Origin: Candidatus Saccharimonadales bacterium
GTDB taxonomy: Bacteria > Patescibacteriota > Saccharimonadia > Saccharimonadales > JBBQAJ01
Direction of reading: 5' to 3'
Assembly (NCBI GenBank): GCA_038316195.1
Contig: JBBQAJ010000002.1
Coordinates: 22,773 to 86,772, forward strand
Length of the DNA stretch: 64,000 nucleotides
The notes beneath the pieces were generated by a model. That model was not told the DNA's origin. It worked only from the letters and a program-made list of their open reading frames with translations, and did not search any database. A program made the translations under genes and the position numbers. Below, piece after piece: positions 56,459-64,000 of this stretch (its first letter is position 1; the number at the start of each line of letters is the position of its first letter).

Positions 56459-57219
56459 GCTAACCTCTGACTATGGTTTTTGACGTCATGTACTCGCAAG
56501 TAGTTAGCGCCAGCTCCAACAGCACGTTTGCCAGCTGCTATATTTGGCTCTATATCCATTCGCTTTAGCCCTAGAAATCTTTTGCGTGAATAGCCTATCA
56601 TAACTTGTTTGCCTGGTACTTCTTTTGCAAACTCCACCAACTTGGAATTTAATTCTACGGTTTTCCCAAAACCAATACCAGGGTCTAAAATAATGTTCTC
56701 AGAATTTAGTCCAGCAGCGATTAAAGAAGCTTCCCTTTCTAGCAGTTCAGACTTTACTTTCTGGATATTATCGATTGGCTCAATAGTGCTGTGCGCTGAC
56801 ATTATGTCTGTGCCAAATTTAGCTGGAAAGTGGCTTATTATCACTGGGAGTTGCAGTTTGGCAGCTAACTTTACTATTTCTGGATTGTTAAAGCCAGTTA
56901 CGTCGTTTATGATAAATGGTCCTAAACGCGAGGCCTTTCGCAATGTTTCAGGGTGACGGCTGTCAACTGATATTTTGTAAGGAAATTTTGGTATAAGTAC
57001 TTTTAAGACGTCTTTTATGCGTTCCCATTCTTCAACTGCAGTTATGGGTTTGGATTTTGGATTCGTTGACTCGCCTCCAATGTCAATAATATAGGCACCA
57101 TCTGCGAATAATTTTTTGGCTTGTGTTAGGGCTTTTGAAGTAGAATTAAATTCTCCACCATCGCTAAAACTGTCCGGCGTGATATTTAAAATTCCAACTA
57201 GTTTAACTTTATTAGACAT
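56455..57219 (-). CDS. folP: Dihydropteroate synthase
   Basis: GILNITPDSFSDGG, DIGGEST and GIGFGK. Confidence 0.9.
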   Translation of the reverse strand: MSNKVKLVGILNITPDSFSDGGEFNSTSKALTQAKKLFADGAYIIDIGGESTNPKSKPITAVEEWERIKDVLKVLIPKFPYKISVDSRHPETLRKASRLGPFIINDVTGFNNPEIVKLAAKLQLPVIISHFPAKFGTDIMSAHSTIEPIDNIQKVKSELLEREASLIAAGLNSENIILDPGIGFGKTVELNSKLVEFAKEVPGKQVMIGYSRKRFLGLKRMDIEPNIAAGKRAVGAGANYLRVHDVKNHSQRLA

Positions 57220-57234
57220 TTAAAATCTTTCCAT

Positions 57235-57954
57235 TTATAGCTCCTCATTATGGAGCCTCAGGCCCAATGGATCAATAAAATCTGGCACTAAGTCAATTAC
57301 TTTGTCGTACTCGTCCTCGCGCGCATCTGGAAATATATGACCGTTTGCGAGTTTATATCTTGCTAGGTCACCAATTGCACATAGCATTTGATAACCTTGT
57401 ACTGCATCAACAATAATATGAGGATTATTTAAATCTCCGAGAGATGTTCCACCCCGAATTGTGGTTGCATTAAATGAAAACCAGTCGTTATCTTCACTTA
57501 CTTTTTCTTGGTAGTAATATGTTGAAAAAGAACCTAAATTAAGTCCATCTATGAGTGTTTCAAAATAGTGTTGTTGGAGCGTGTCTTCATTGCCAGATCT
57601 CATATCAGATTCTTTTGGAATATCTCTTATTTTACGAGTTGGGTCATAGCTAAACGGATCAATAAAACGAATATTGTCATCCAGGATCATTACAGCATGT
57701 GCGTGACCACTGTCCAATACAATTCCAGCTGGAATTTCCCATGCATCAAGCAATGAAACACATCCAAGTGCTTGAGCGTAGCAGTTACCACCCCCTTTCT
57801 TTGTAGCAATTTCAGGCCGGTAAATTCCATTTTTTAAATATGGGATTATTTCGTGTATCCAGGCCAACGCTGTTTGTGCTGCGTTATCTGCGTTTAAATT
57901 TGATGGTTTTTCGGGTAAATCTAAAAAAGCTTTCCCAATTTCGGACGATGACAT
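57235..57954 (-). CDS. Hypothetical protein, possibly a transglutaminase-like / papain-fold cysteine enzyme
   Basis: GGGNCYAQALG (candidate Cys), SGHAHAVMILDD (candidate His) and FIDPF (candidate Asp) occur in the order expected for a Cys-His-Asp triad. Motif-only evidence. Confidence 0.35.
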   Translation of the reverse strand: MSSSEIGKAFLDLPEKPSNLNADNAAQTALAWIHEIIPYLKNGIYRPEIATKKGGGNCYAQALGCVSLLDAWEIPAGIVLDSGHAHAVMILDDNIRFIDPFSYDPTRKIRDIPKESDMRSGNEDTLQQHYFETLIDGLNLGSFSTYYYQEKVSEDNDWFSFNATTIRGGTSLGDLNNPHIIVDAVQGYQMLCAIGDLARYKLANGHIFPDAREDEYDKVIDLVPDFIDPLGLRLHNEEL

Positions 57955-57996
57955 TGACGGTATTGAACATTTAATTCTTCAAACTGTCAAATAATT

Positions 57997-58662
57997 TTAA
58001 ACTACAGAAAATAAACCAACACCTAAATTATTCAATTTATTGTTACCAAATTGTGTGCGATGGAGCTTGACAACGTTATAGCCGAAAAATTCGAAAGTAC
58101 GTCTAATTTGACGGTTTCTGCCTTCTGACATTGTAACTATCCAGTTTGTGTCGTCTGTGTCATTAATTTGTTTTAATTGAAGTTTGCTGGGTCCATCATT
58201 CAACATTGCACCTGATTCAATTATCTTTTGACGGTCAATCGGTGTAAGTGGTTTGTTAAGTGCAATTTTGTATATTTTGGTTTTTTGAAATTTTGGATGA
58301 GTTAATTCATATGCTAAATCTCCATCACTTGTAAGTAATAGTAGTCCAGATGAATTTTTATCTAGGCGACCAACTGATTTTAAGTTTTGATACTGATCGG
58401 GCAATAATTCATAAATAGTCTTACTGCCCTGTCCATCCTTCGAGCACACATAATCCACAGGCTTATTTAGCATAATTGTTACATGATTTAGGTTTTGGGT
58501 TTTGAGTACTTTATTATCTAAAGTTACATTGTCATTTTCAAGTATTTGCATGCCTATTGTTGGAGCTTTGCCATTAACAAGAACTCGTCCATCTGAAATT
58601 TTCAGGTCTGCTTTGCGACGGCTTAGACCGGTTAATTTTGCAATATATTTATTTAAGCGCAT
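57997..58662 (-). CDS. RsuA/RluB-family pseudouridine synthase with an S4 domain
   Basis: N-terminal S4 domain (MRLNKYIAKLTGLSRRKADLKI) and the catalytic motif GRLDKNSSGLLLLTSDG. Confidence 0.9.
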   Translation of the reverse strand: MRLNKYIAKLTGLSRRKADLKISDGRVLVNGKAPTIGMQILENDNVTLDNKVLKTQNLNHVTIMLNKPVDYVCSKDGQGSKTIYELLPDQYQNLKSVGRLDKNSSGLLLLTSDGDLAYELTHPKFQKTKIYKIALNKPLTPIDRQKIIESGAMLNDGPSKLQLKQINDTDDTNWIVTMSEGRNRQIRRTFEFFGYNVVKLHRTQFGNNKLNNLGVGLFSVV

Positions 58663-58717
58663 GCGATGATCATATTTTAAGACAGATAGGCCTGTCAGTA
58701 AACAGCTATAGCAAAAA

Positions 58718-59977
58718 CTATAAAGCTACGTCTGATGGCTGGCCAGGACTATTGGGTGTGCCTGCATTTGGCATAATAATATTGTTAGAGTTTGGCACGC
58801 TTAAGTTTTCTTGGTTTGCAAGTTCTGGAGCTATAGTTGCACCACCGGGCTGAATTATTGTTTCAGCAGGTAACCCATCAGCTTGTGAAACTACCGGCGA
58901 AAGAGCATCTTTTTGATTTTCTTTTGCTTCCAATTCGACCAGATTGGGTTTTTTATCCGTTAAGTCATTGATGGGTGCTATGACTTTTTTGTTTGCAATT
59001 GTGACGTTATTTTCCTTATTTTTTACTTCGTCTGAAGTGGATTCAATCGTAGTATTGTCAGCTGATTTGGTGCTTACTTCATCTTTTTTTTTGTCGGTTG
59101 ACGAGCTACTCTGCCCATCAATTTCTGAACTAATTGGAGGAGCGTCTTTTACGCTAATTTGGACTGGATCGGGGGATGATATTGGCGATATGTTTCCGTT
59201 ATCTACAATATCTCCGTCAAGTGAATCGCTTTCAGAAACTGCTTGAGGTTCTGTTTTCTTCTCAGGCGTTTCATCTGGTGATGTATCAGGCATAGGTATA
59301 GATACAAAATCTTTTACCTGTTTTTCGACTGTAGCTTCTTCATCTGCCAGTGTGGCTGCAAGTACAGGGTCGATTTGTGTAGATGCCGAATCGAGCGACA
59401 CTGGAATTACACTACTAACGGATTGAGGGGCTGCTGCATCGCTCGAAGGGACGGTAGTATTGTTGGATACAGTTTGTGGTGTATCAGTGGATACTATGGA
59501 ACTCTCGGGTTGTGGGACTGTTGTTGGTGGTACCGGCTCGGATATTTTGGTTTCTAAAGCTGTTTCAACGATTGGTGATGGAGTTTCAGTTGGAGGAGCA
59601 GGAGCTTCTTCGCCATTCAATACTTCTCTTGCTACTTTGGCAACATCTTCTAAAGTGACTTGTGATTTTACTAGATATCTATCCGCACCTAGCTTTGTAG
59701 CGCGAGCTTTGTCTTCGCTTTGCGAAAGGGCTGTCATCATTATAACTTTAGTATTCTTTGTTTCAGGCGTACTTCGCAGGATGTCTAACATGTCGAAACC
59801 ACTGATTTTAGGCATCATAACATCAGATATAATCAAATCAGGCTTTTCTTTGACAGCCATAGCTAGCGCTTCTTCGCCGTCTTTGGCGCTAACAATTTCG
59901 TAACCCTCTGCGAGTAATCTAGCTTCGTATATTTCTCGTAAATTGTTATCGTCTTCGACGAGCATGATTTTTGACAT
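58718..59977 (-). CDS. Response regulator: a REC domain plus a ~295-aa low-complexity P/S/T/D/E-rich C-terminal region, with no recognisable output domain
   Basis: REC motifs MLVEDDN, DLIISDVMMP, IMMTAL and YLVKS. The remainder (58718-59611) is compositionally biased. Lies downstream of the histidine kinase. Confidence 0.88.
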   Translation of the reverse strand: MSKIMLVEDDNNLREIYEARLLAEGYEIVSAKDGEEALAMAVKEKPDLIISDVMMPKISGFDMLDILRSTPETKNTKVIMMTALSQSEDKARATKLGADRYLVKSQVTLEDVAKVAREVLNGEEAPAPPTETPSPIVETALETKISEPVPPTTVPQPESSIVSTDTPQTVSNNTTVPSSDAAAPQSVSSVIPVSLDSASTQIDPVLAATLADEEATVEKQVKDFVSIPMPDTSPDETPEKKTEPQAVSESDSLDGDIVDNGNISPISSPDPVQISVKDAPPISSEIDGQSSSSTDKKKDEVSTKSADNTTIESTSDEVKNKENNVTIANKKVIAPINDLTDKKPNLVELEAKENQKDALSPVVSQADGLPAETIIQPGGATIAPELANQENLSVPNSNNIIMPNAGTPNSPGQPSDVAL

Positions 59978-60108
59978 AGGTTATCCCCCGAAGTTATATG
60001 CTAATGCTTTTATGAAGTTAGTGTAGCATATTGCTCTAAAACAACGAACAAAAATATTTTTATGTATAAACTTTAGTTTAAGCATAAGTAAATCTAATAT
60101 TTGAATTA

Positions 60109-61830
60109 TTAAACCGCAATTTGACTCTCTTTTGCTTGCTCGGCTGCCGCTTTTTGAGCACTTAATCTCGGTAAGTTTATATAGAATGTACTGCCCTTTC
60201 TTTGTTCGCTTTCTACCCAAATTCGGCCTTTGTAAAGTTCGACTATTTTTCTACATATAAACAACCCCAATCCAGTACCACCAATTGTGCGAGTACTTGA
60301 ATTATCAACCCTGTAAAACTTTTGAAATAAATGTGGTAAGTCTTCTTGTGGTATACCATGTCCCGTGTCACGTATGTAAAATTGAATTAAATCATCATTT
60401 CCAGTAAGTCCAACAGATATTTTACCGTTGTCGCTGTATTTGACTGCGTTGTCAAAAAGGTTGGTAATAACTTCACCCATACGGTCCGGATCGATAAATG
60501 CATAATAAAGTGGCTTTACGACTTTTCCGCCAGCTGAAACGTCTGCTTTACCGGAAGTATTATTTCCAATTGTAAAGTCCATCAGTAAGCCTTTTTTTTC
60601 TGCACTAAACCGTAATCCATCAACAATTCGTTCTAAAAAATCACCAATATCTGTAACTACTGGGTGGTTAACAAGTCTGCCATCTTCTGCTTTTGCACTG
60701 GTTAGAAGATCTTGGAACAACTTTCCAAGTCTTTGTGTACTTTCATGTGCTTTTTCCAAAAACTCACGAGCTTTTGGGTCAATTTTTGCAACTTTTTCGT
60801 TTAGCGCCAGAGCCAAATATCCTTCTATTGCCGCAACCGGTGTACGCATCTCATGACTTGCAGTACTTATGAAGTCAGCGCTTCTGTGTTCTTCGTGGCG
60901 CGCTTCGCTGACATCACGCAAAACAGCGACTGCACCAATTGCCTGAGTAGATTTGGGTTGAATTACTGGTGATATGACAAGTGAGACAATTGTGTTTGTG
61001 CTGTTGTCTCGGCTATTTAGTTGCAGTGTACTTTGAAATTGTTTGCCGGTTTTTATGACGGAATCAAATGGTTTTAAGTTGTTTGCTAGATCTTTTCCAT
61101 CTTCTTGACTGAATTTTGTTACAAGCTGGACGTCAAGTCCAATTGCTTCTTCAACTGTCCATCCGGTCATTTTTGCAGCGGCTGGATTTAGTAGTGCAAT
61201 TTTACTTTCAAGGTCTACTACTATAACGGCATCGGATATAGCTTGTATCAAAACCTCAGACTGTTGTTGTTTACCTTTTAGTTGACCGGACAGTTGATTT
61301 ACTTTTTGACTATCGGAGTGAACATAAAATTTCTTCCACAGCAAGTAACTTATTAATCCACAAAAATAGCTCACTAGAACCATGCCAATTGCAAAAACAG
61401 AAATAACGATTTCTCTTGGACTGCTCGTAAGTGCAATGACGTAATAAAAAGTTATGACGAACCCGGTTGCTATTGTTACGTAAATACCAAACATGCCACT
61501 TAGCAAAACCTGAACAAACCAAGCAATCATAAACCATGAATTAAGCCGTCCAGAATTGTGAACAATAGAAATTACAATCAAACTTGCCAGCATTGCAGAA
61601 AATAATGTGCCTGACCATATATTATTGCTTGCTTGGCGCTTGTACAGAACTAAGCTGTAAGCTACCTGTATGATAGCCAAAATACCAACAATAGGTCTAA
61701 GTCCGAGTGTTTTGTAGTTTTCGAACATTGGCATGGACCAAATTAACACTACTAAGACAAACGTTAAGCCTGCCACCACTGTAATTACTCGGTTATACCA
61801 AATATAATATTTATCTTGAACTAATTGCAT
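60109..61830 (-). CDS. Sensor histidine kinase (multi-TM N-terminus, PAS, HisKA, HATPase_c)
   Basis: About 6 TM helices, a PAS-like region, the H-box STASHEMRTPVAAIEGY, the N-box NLFDNAVKY, the G1 box RDTGHGI and the G2 box GGTGLGL. Confidence 0.92.
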   Translation of the reverse strand: MQLVQDKYYIWYNRVITVVAGLTFVLVVLIWSMPMFENYKTLGLRPIVGILAIIQVAYSLVLYKRQASNNIWSGTLFSAMLASLIVISIVHNSGRLNSWFMIAWFVQVLLSGMFGIYVTIATGFVITFYYVIALTSSPREIVISVFAIGMVLVSYFCGLISYLLWKKFYVHSDSQKVNQLSGQLKGKQQQSEVLIQAISDAVIVVDLESKIALLNPAAAKMTGWTVEEAIGLDVQLVTKFSQEDGKDLANNLKPFDSVIKTGKQFQSTLQLNSRDNSTNTIVSLVISPVIQPKSTQAIGAVAVLRDVSEARHEEHRSADFISTASHEMRTPVAAIEGYLALALNEKVAKIDPKAREFLEKAHESTQRLGKLFQDLLTSAKAEDGRLVNHPVVTDIGDFLERIVDGLRFSAEKKGLLMDFTIGNNTSGKADVSAGGKVVKPLYYAFIDPDRMGEVITNLFDNAVKYSDNGKISVGLTGNDDLIQFYIRDTGHGIPQEDLPHLFQKFYRVDNSSTRTIGGTGLGLFICRKIVELYKGRIWVESEQRKGSTFYINLPRLSAQKAAAEQAKESQIAV

Positions 61831-61980
61831 TTACTTATGTATTCCCACCTACGCAATACGCTTACGGTATATAGTAAGTATACATAACCGTTCATTTTTT
61901 ACGACATTCAACTGTCCGAATATTTTACCAAGCTTTAAAGAATCACCATCTCTGTTATGATAGTATTTAGCGATTATTGC

Positions 61981-62055
61981 GGTCTCATCGTCTAACGGTT
62001 AGGACACTAGGTTCTCATCCTAGAAACCCGGGTTCGATTCCCGGTGAGATCACCA
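61981..62055 (+). tRNA. tRNA-Glu (anticodon CTC) with encoded CCA
   Basis: Hand-folded cloverleaf:
- Acceptor stem GGTCTCA/TGAGATC, with G2-U71.
- D arm GTCT-AACGGTTA-GGAC.
- Anticodon stem CTAGG/CCTAG with loop TTCTCAT.
- T arm CCGGG-TTCGATT-CCCGG.
- Discriminator A followed by CCA. Confidence 0.9.
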
Positions 62056-62084
62056 ACAAGTCAAGTAATTTGGTTCTTTATAAG

Positions 62085-62522
62085 TTATCGATAGGATTCT
62101 AGTCTTGCCCAAGTTAATTGGCCGACTACACCATCAACATTTAGTCCTTCTCTTGTTTGGAAATATTTTACTCCATTGAGTGTTTGTATACCGAAATTAC
62201 CATCAAAACTTATTGTTATAGGTTGATTAACACGATTTAGTTTCAGTTGCAATGTTGTTACACACCCCCCAGAACTTCCATATCTCAAAGTTGGTCTTTT
62301 AGTGTATTCATAGGGACAACCTTGAGCGTCCTTTAACACAATACTAGATCCACTCACACCTCCTGGAGTTGCTGCAAAAGACTTAAATGCAAAGAATGTT
62401 CCACCTACTACAGCAAAAATGACTGCAAATAAAGCCATTCCCTTAGCCGGATTTGTAGGCTTAAGCCATTTTAAGGTTCGGTTAGACTTGCCTGGTTTTC
62501 GTTTAGTATTTTTCGTTGCCAT
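62085..62522 (-). CDS. Exported protein with the WLKPTNPAKG N-terminal cassette plus a peptidoglycan-binding-like domain (paralogue of 53141-53647)
   Basis: KWLKPTNPAKG, the TM helix MALFAVIFAVVGGTFFAF, KSFAATP, and C-terminal FDGNFGIQTLNGVKYFQTREGLNVDGVVGQLTWARL. Confidence 0.75.
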   Translation of the reverse strand: MATKNTKRKPGKSNRTLKWLKPTNPAKGMALFAVIFAVVGGTFFAFKSFAATPGGVSGSSIVLKDAQGCPYEYTKRPTLRYGSSGGCVTTLQLKLNRVNQPITISFDGNFGIQTLNGVKYFQTREGLNVDGVVGQLTWARLESYR

Positions 62523-62588
62523 AGTTTGTCCTTTTATTGTAAGAATTTTTTAAATTTGTAATCTCGCTTTTGATTATACGCCAATTTG

Positions 62589-64000
62589 TCAACCTTTTTG
62601 ACTGGGCTGACGGGCTAGATATATTAGGAAACCAATGCTGATAATTGACGCCATCCAGGCAATCCATTCACCAAAACGTGTGTAGATTGTTCTATAACTA
62701 GGGCTTCCTACTTTGGCCTGACCTATTTTTATTCCTGCAGTATGACTGTCAAAGAGTGTAGCCCCATTATGATCTACGATGTAAGCATATCCACCTCGAG
62801 CCGATTGAACAAACGGTCGGTCATTTGCAACAGCGATAAAGCGAGCAAATTGTCGGGCTTGCAGATGGTAGAGTGGTGTATTCGTAAACTCGTTTAGTGA
62901 GGCTGAGTTAGTCAAGAGTTGCGCACCTTGCTTCGTTAATATCCTATAACGTTCAGGAGCGATTACTCCCGAGCACACAAGTGCCCCAATTTTGATTGAG
63001 CCTGCAGTCACTACATGTTCAACATGGTCGGCTTTAGCAATACCTAAACTAGCATCAAAGTAACCCTGTACTTGATTTTGGCCGGAGTATTTGAGTCCTT
63101 GTTGTATTATCCAGGGTATGTATTCACCGGTTGGTATCAGGAATGACTTCAGTTGAGAATCTAGAATCTGACTGTTGGGGGTGGCAACTACCATCTCGTT
63201 TGTTTGTAGACCATTTTTTGCAGTGCCCTTACGTGAATAAATAATAATTCCGTTGTCGTTCGCAAAGAGTTTGTTGGTAATATTACTGTGCTGAGCTGGA
63301 GTGCCATAGTCAAAAAAGTAGCTATATTCCGGTAGTGTCAGGACTTCTCGCGGTGAATCGCCGGCAGGAATTTGCTCAGCTAAGTCGTCATAATAATTTT
63401 TATCATCAGAGGCTAATTGTACAGTTGCGACTGCTATTTTTCTAGTGGTTTTTACCGGTATTAGAGTCAAAGCACCAAGTAATATTACTGGCGATAACAT
63501 AAATAAGACTTGCTTGTACTTATTTAGTAAGCCAAGAATAATTACAATGTTTACAACAACTACCAAGAAGCTTAATCCAAACAAGCCCCCCACTTTACTA
63601 AAGTGAACTAGCTGGGTACTAGTAAGACTGTAGCCTAACACCCCAAAGTTATAAAAAGGCCCAACAGTGGCATTTTTCCCATAGGAAACAACTGAAAATA
63701 GCCAGCTACGGCCAAATTCACAAGCTACCCAAAAAAAGGGGAAAATAAGTAGATACTTTTCAAAAGAAAGACGTTTAGCAATTGCAAAACGTGTTATGAG
63801 TCCAAGTGCCAGAAAACCGATTGACAAAAAAAGTCCGAGTAAAAACCAAATGATAAAAATTAGATATTGTAGAGATATGCCACCCAACCTCGTCCAAGAA
63901 TGGGCATCGGCATTAATAAGCCAGCCGCACACAATGAGCAGATAGAAAAACCCAAACAGCCATATTACTAAAATAATGTCAGTAGTATCGTGTGAAATAA
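62589..64000 (-). CDS. lnt: Apolipoprotein N-acyltransferase-like protein (TM N-terminal region plus CN-hydrolase domain); 5' end may lie beyond the window
   Basis: Multi-TM N-terminus, then a CN-hydrolase region with LPEYSYF (Glu) and GALVCSG (Cys). The frame stays open upstream of the tracked GTG 63932 all the way to position 64000. Confidence 0.75.
   Translation of the reverse strand, partial: ISHDTTDIILVIWLFGFFYLLIVCGWLINADAHSWTRLGGISLQYLIFIIWFLLGLFLSIGFLALGLITRFAIAKRLSFEKYLLIFPFFWVACEFGRSWLFSVVSYGKNATVGPFYNFGVLGYSLTSTQLVHFSKVGGLFGLSFLVVVVNIVIILGLLNKYKQVLFMLSPVILLGALTLIPVKTTRKIAVATVQLASDDKNYYDDLAEQIPAGDSPREVLTLPEYSYFFDYGTPAQHSNITNKLFANDNGIIIYSRKGTAKNGLQTNEMVVATPNSQILDSQLKSFLIPTGEYIPWIIQQGLKYSGQNQVQGYFDASLGIAKADHVEHVVTAGSIKIGALVCSGVIAPERYRILTKQGAQLLTNSASLNEFTNTPLYHLQARQFARFIAVANDRPFVQSARGGYAYIVDHNGATLFDSHTAGIKIGQAKVGSPSYRTIYTRFGEWIAWMASIISIGFLIYLARQPSQKG

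Noticed and set aside
1-64000. CRISPR arrays, transposases, integrases, prophage genes and rRNA operons
   Set aside because: I saw no spacer-repeat periodicity, no DDE/tyrosine/serine recombinase motifs, no phage structural genes and no rRNA-like sequence while reading the window. The only tandem repeats are very short (11882-11899 and 45561-45583).

Overview
This is a compact, AT-rich (roughly 35-40% GC by eye) bacterial chromosomal window. It holds about 60 protein genes on both strands, one tRNA, and no rRNA, CRISPR array, transposase or integrase. TGA, TAA and TAG all act as stops and an RF2 gene is present, so the standard bacterial code applies. Many neighbouring genes overlap by ATGA or TAATG.

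Most of the content is housekeeping:
- Translation and RNA modification: rumA-like, rsmE, serS, hpf, prfB, rpmA, glyQS, def, pth, der, rsuA-like.
- Secretion, nucleotide and DNA metabolism: secA, pyrG, xseAB, recO, rnhA, topA.
- Division: an ftsE-ftsX / PcsB-like CHAP hydrolase / S41 protease module, and a reduced dcw cluster (mraZ-rsmH-ftsL-ftsI-mraY-ftsW-murG-ftsQ) that lacks murE/F/D/C, ftsA and ftsZ.
- A small sugar block: galU, an aldo-keto reductase and a GH1 glycosidase.

The gene content and architecture fit a reduced-genome monoderm such as a CPR/Patescibacteria (Saccharibacteria-like) organism. That is inference only, because there is no rRNA in the window.

Items worth a second look:
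1. A two-gene operon of large unrecognisable proteins (16.8-19.8 kb) with its own consensus promoter and a triple direct repeat.
2. A degenerate histidine-kinase-like / receiver-like pair in which the phospho-His and phospho-Asp positions are both Glu (25.1-26.3 kb).
3. Three exported proteins sharing a conserved N-terminal cassette, WLKPT(S/N)PAKG plus a TM helix.
4. A roughly 350-nt promoter-to-terminator structured RNA candidate that I could not assign to a class (50.56-50.95 kb).
5. Four perfect DnaA-box 9-mers, all intergenic and all in one orientation, around the dcw cluster.
6. Unusually long non-coding spacers inside and after the dcw cluster.
7. Recurrent (extended) -10 boxes only 6-11 nt upstream of start codons, implying leaderless or near-leaderless mRNAs.

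All functional calls come from motif recognition by eye. No database searches were run.
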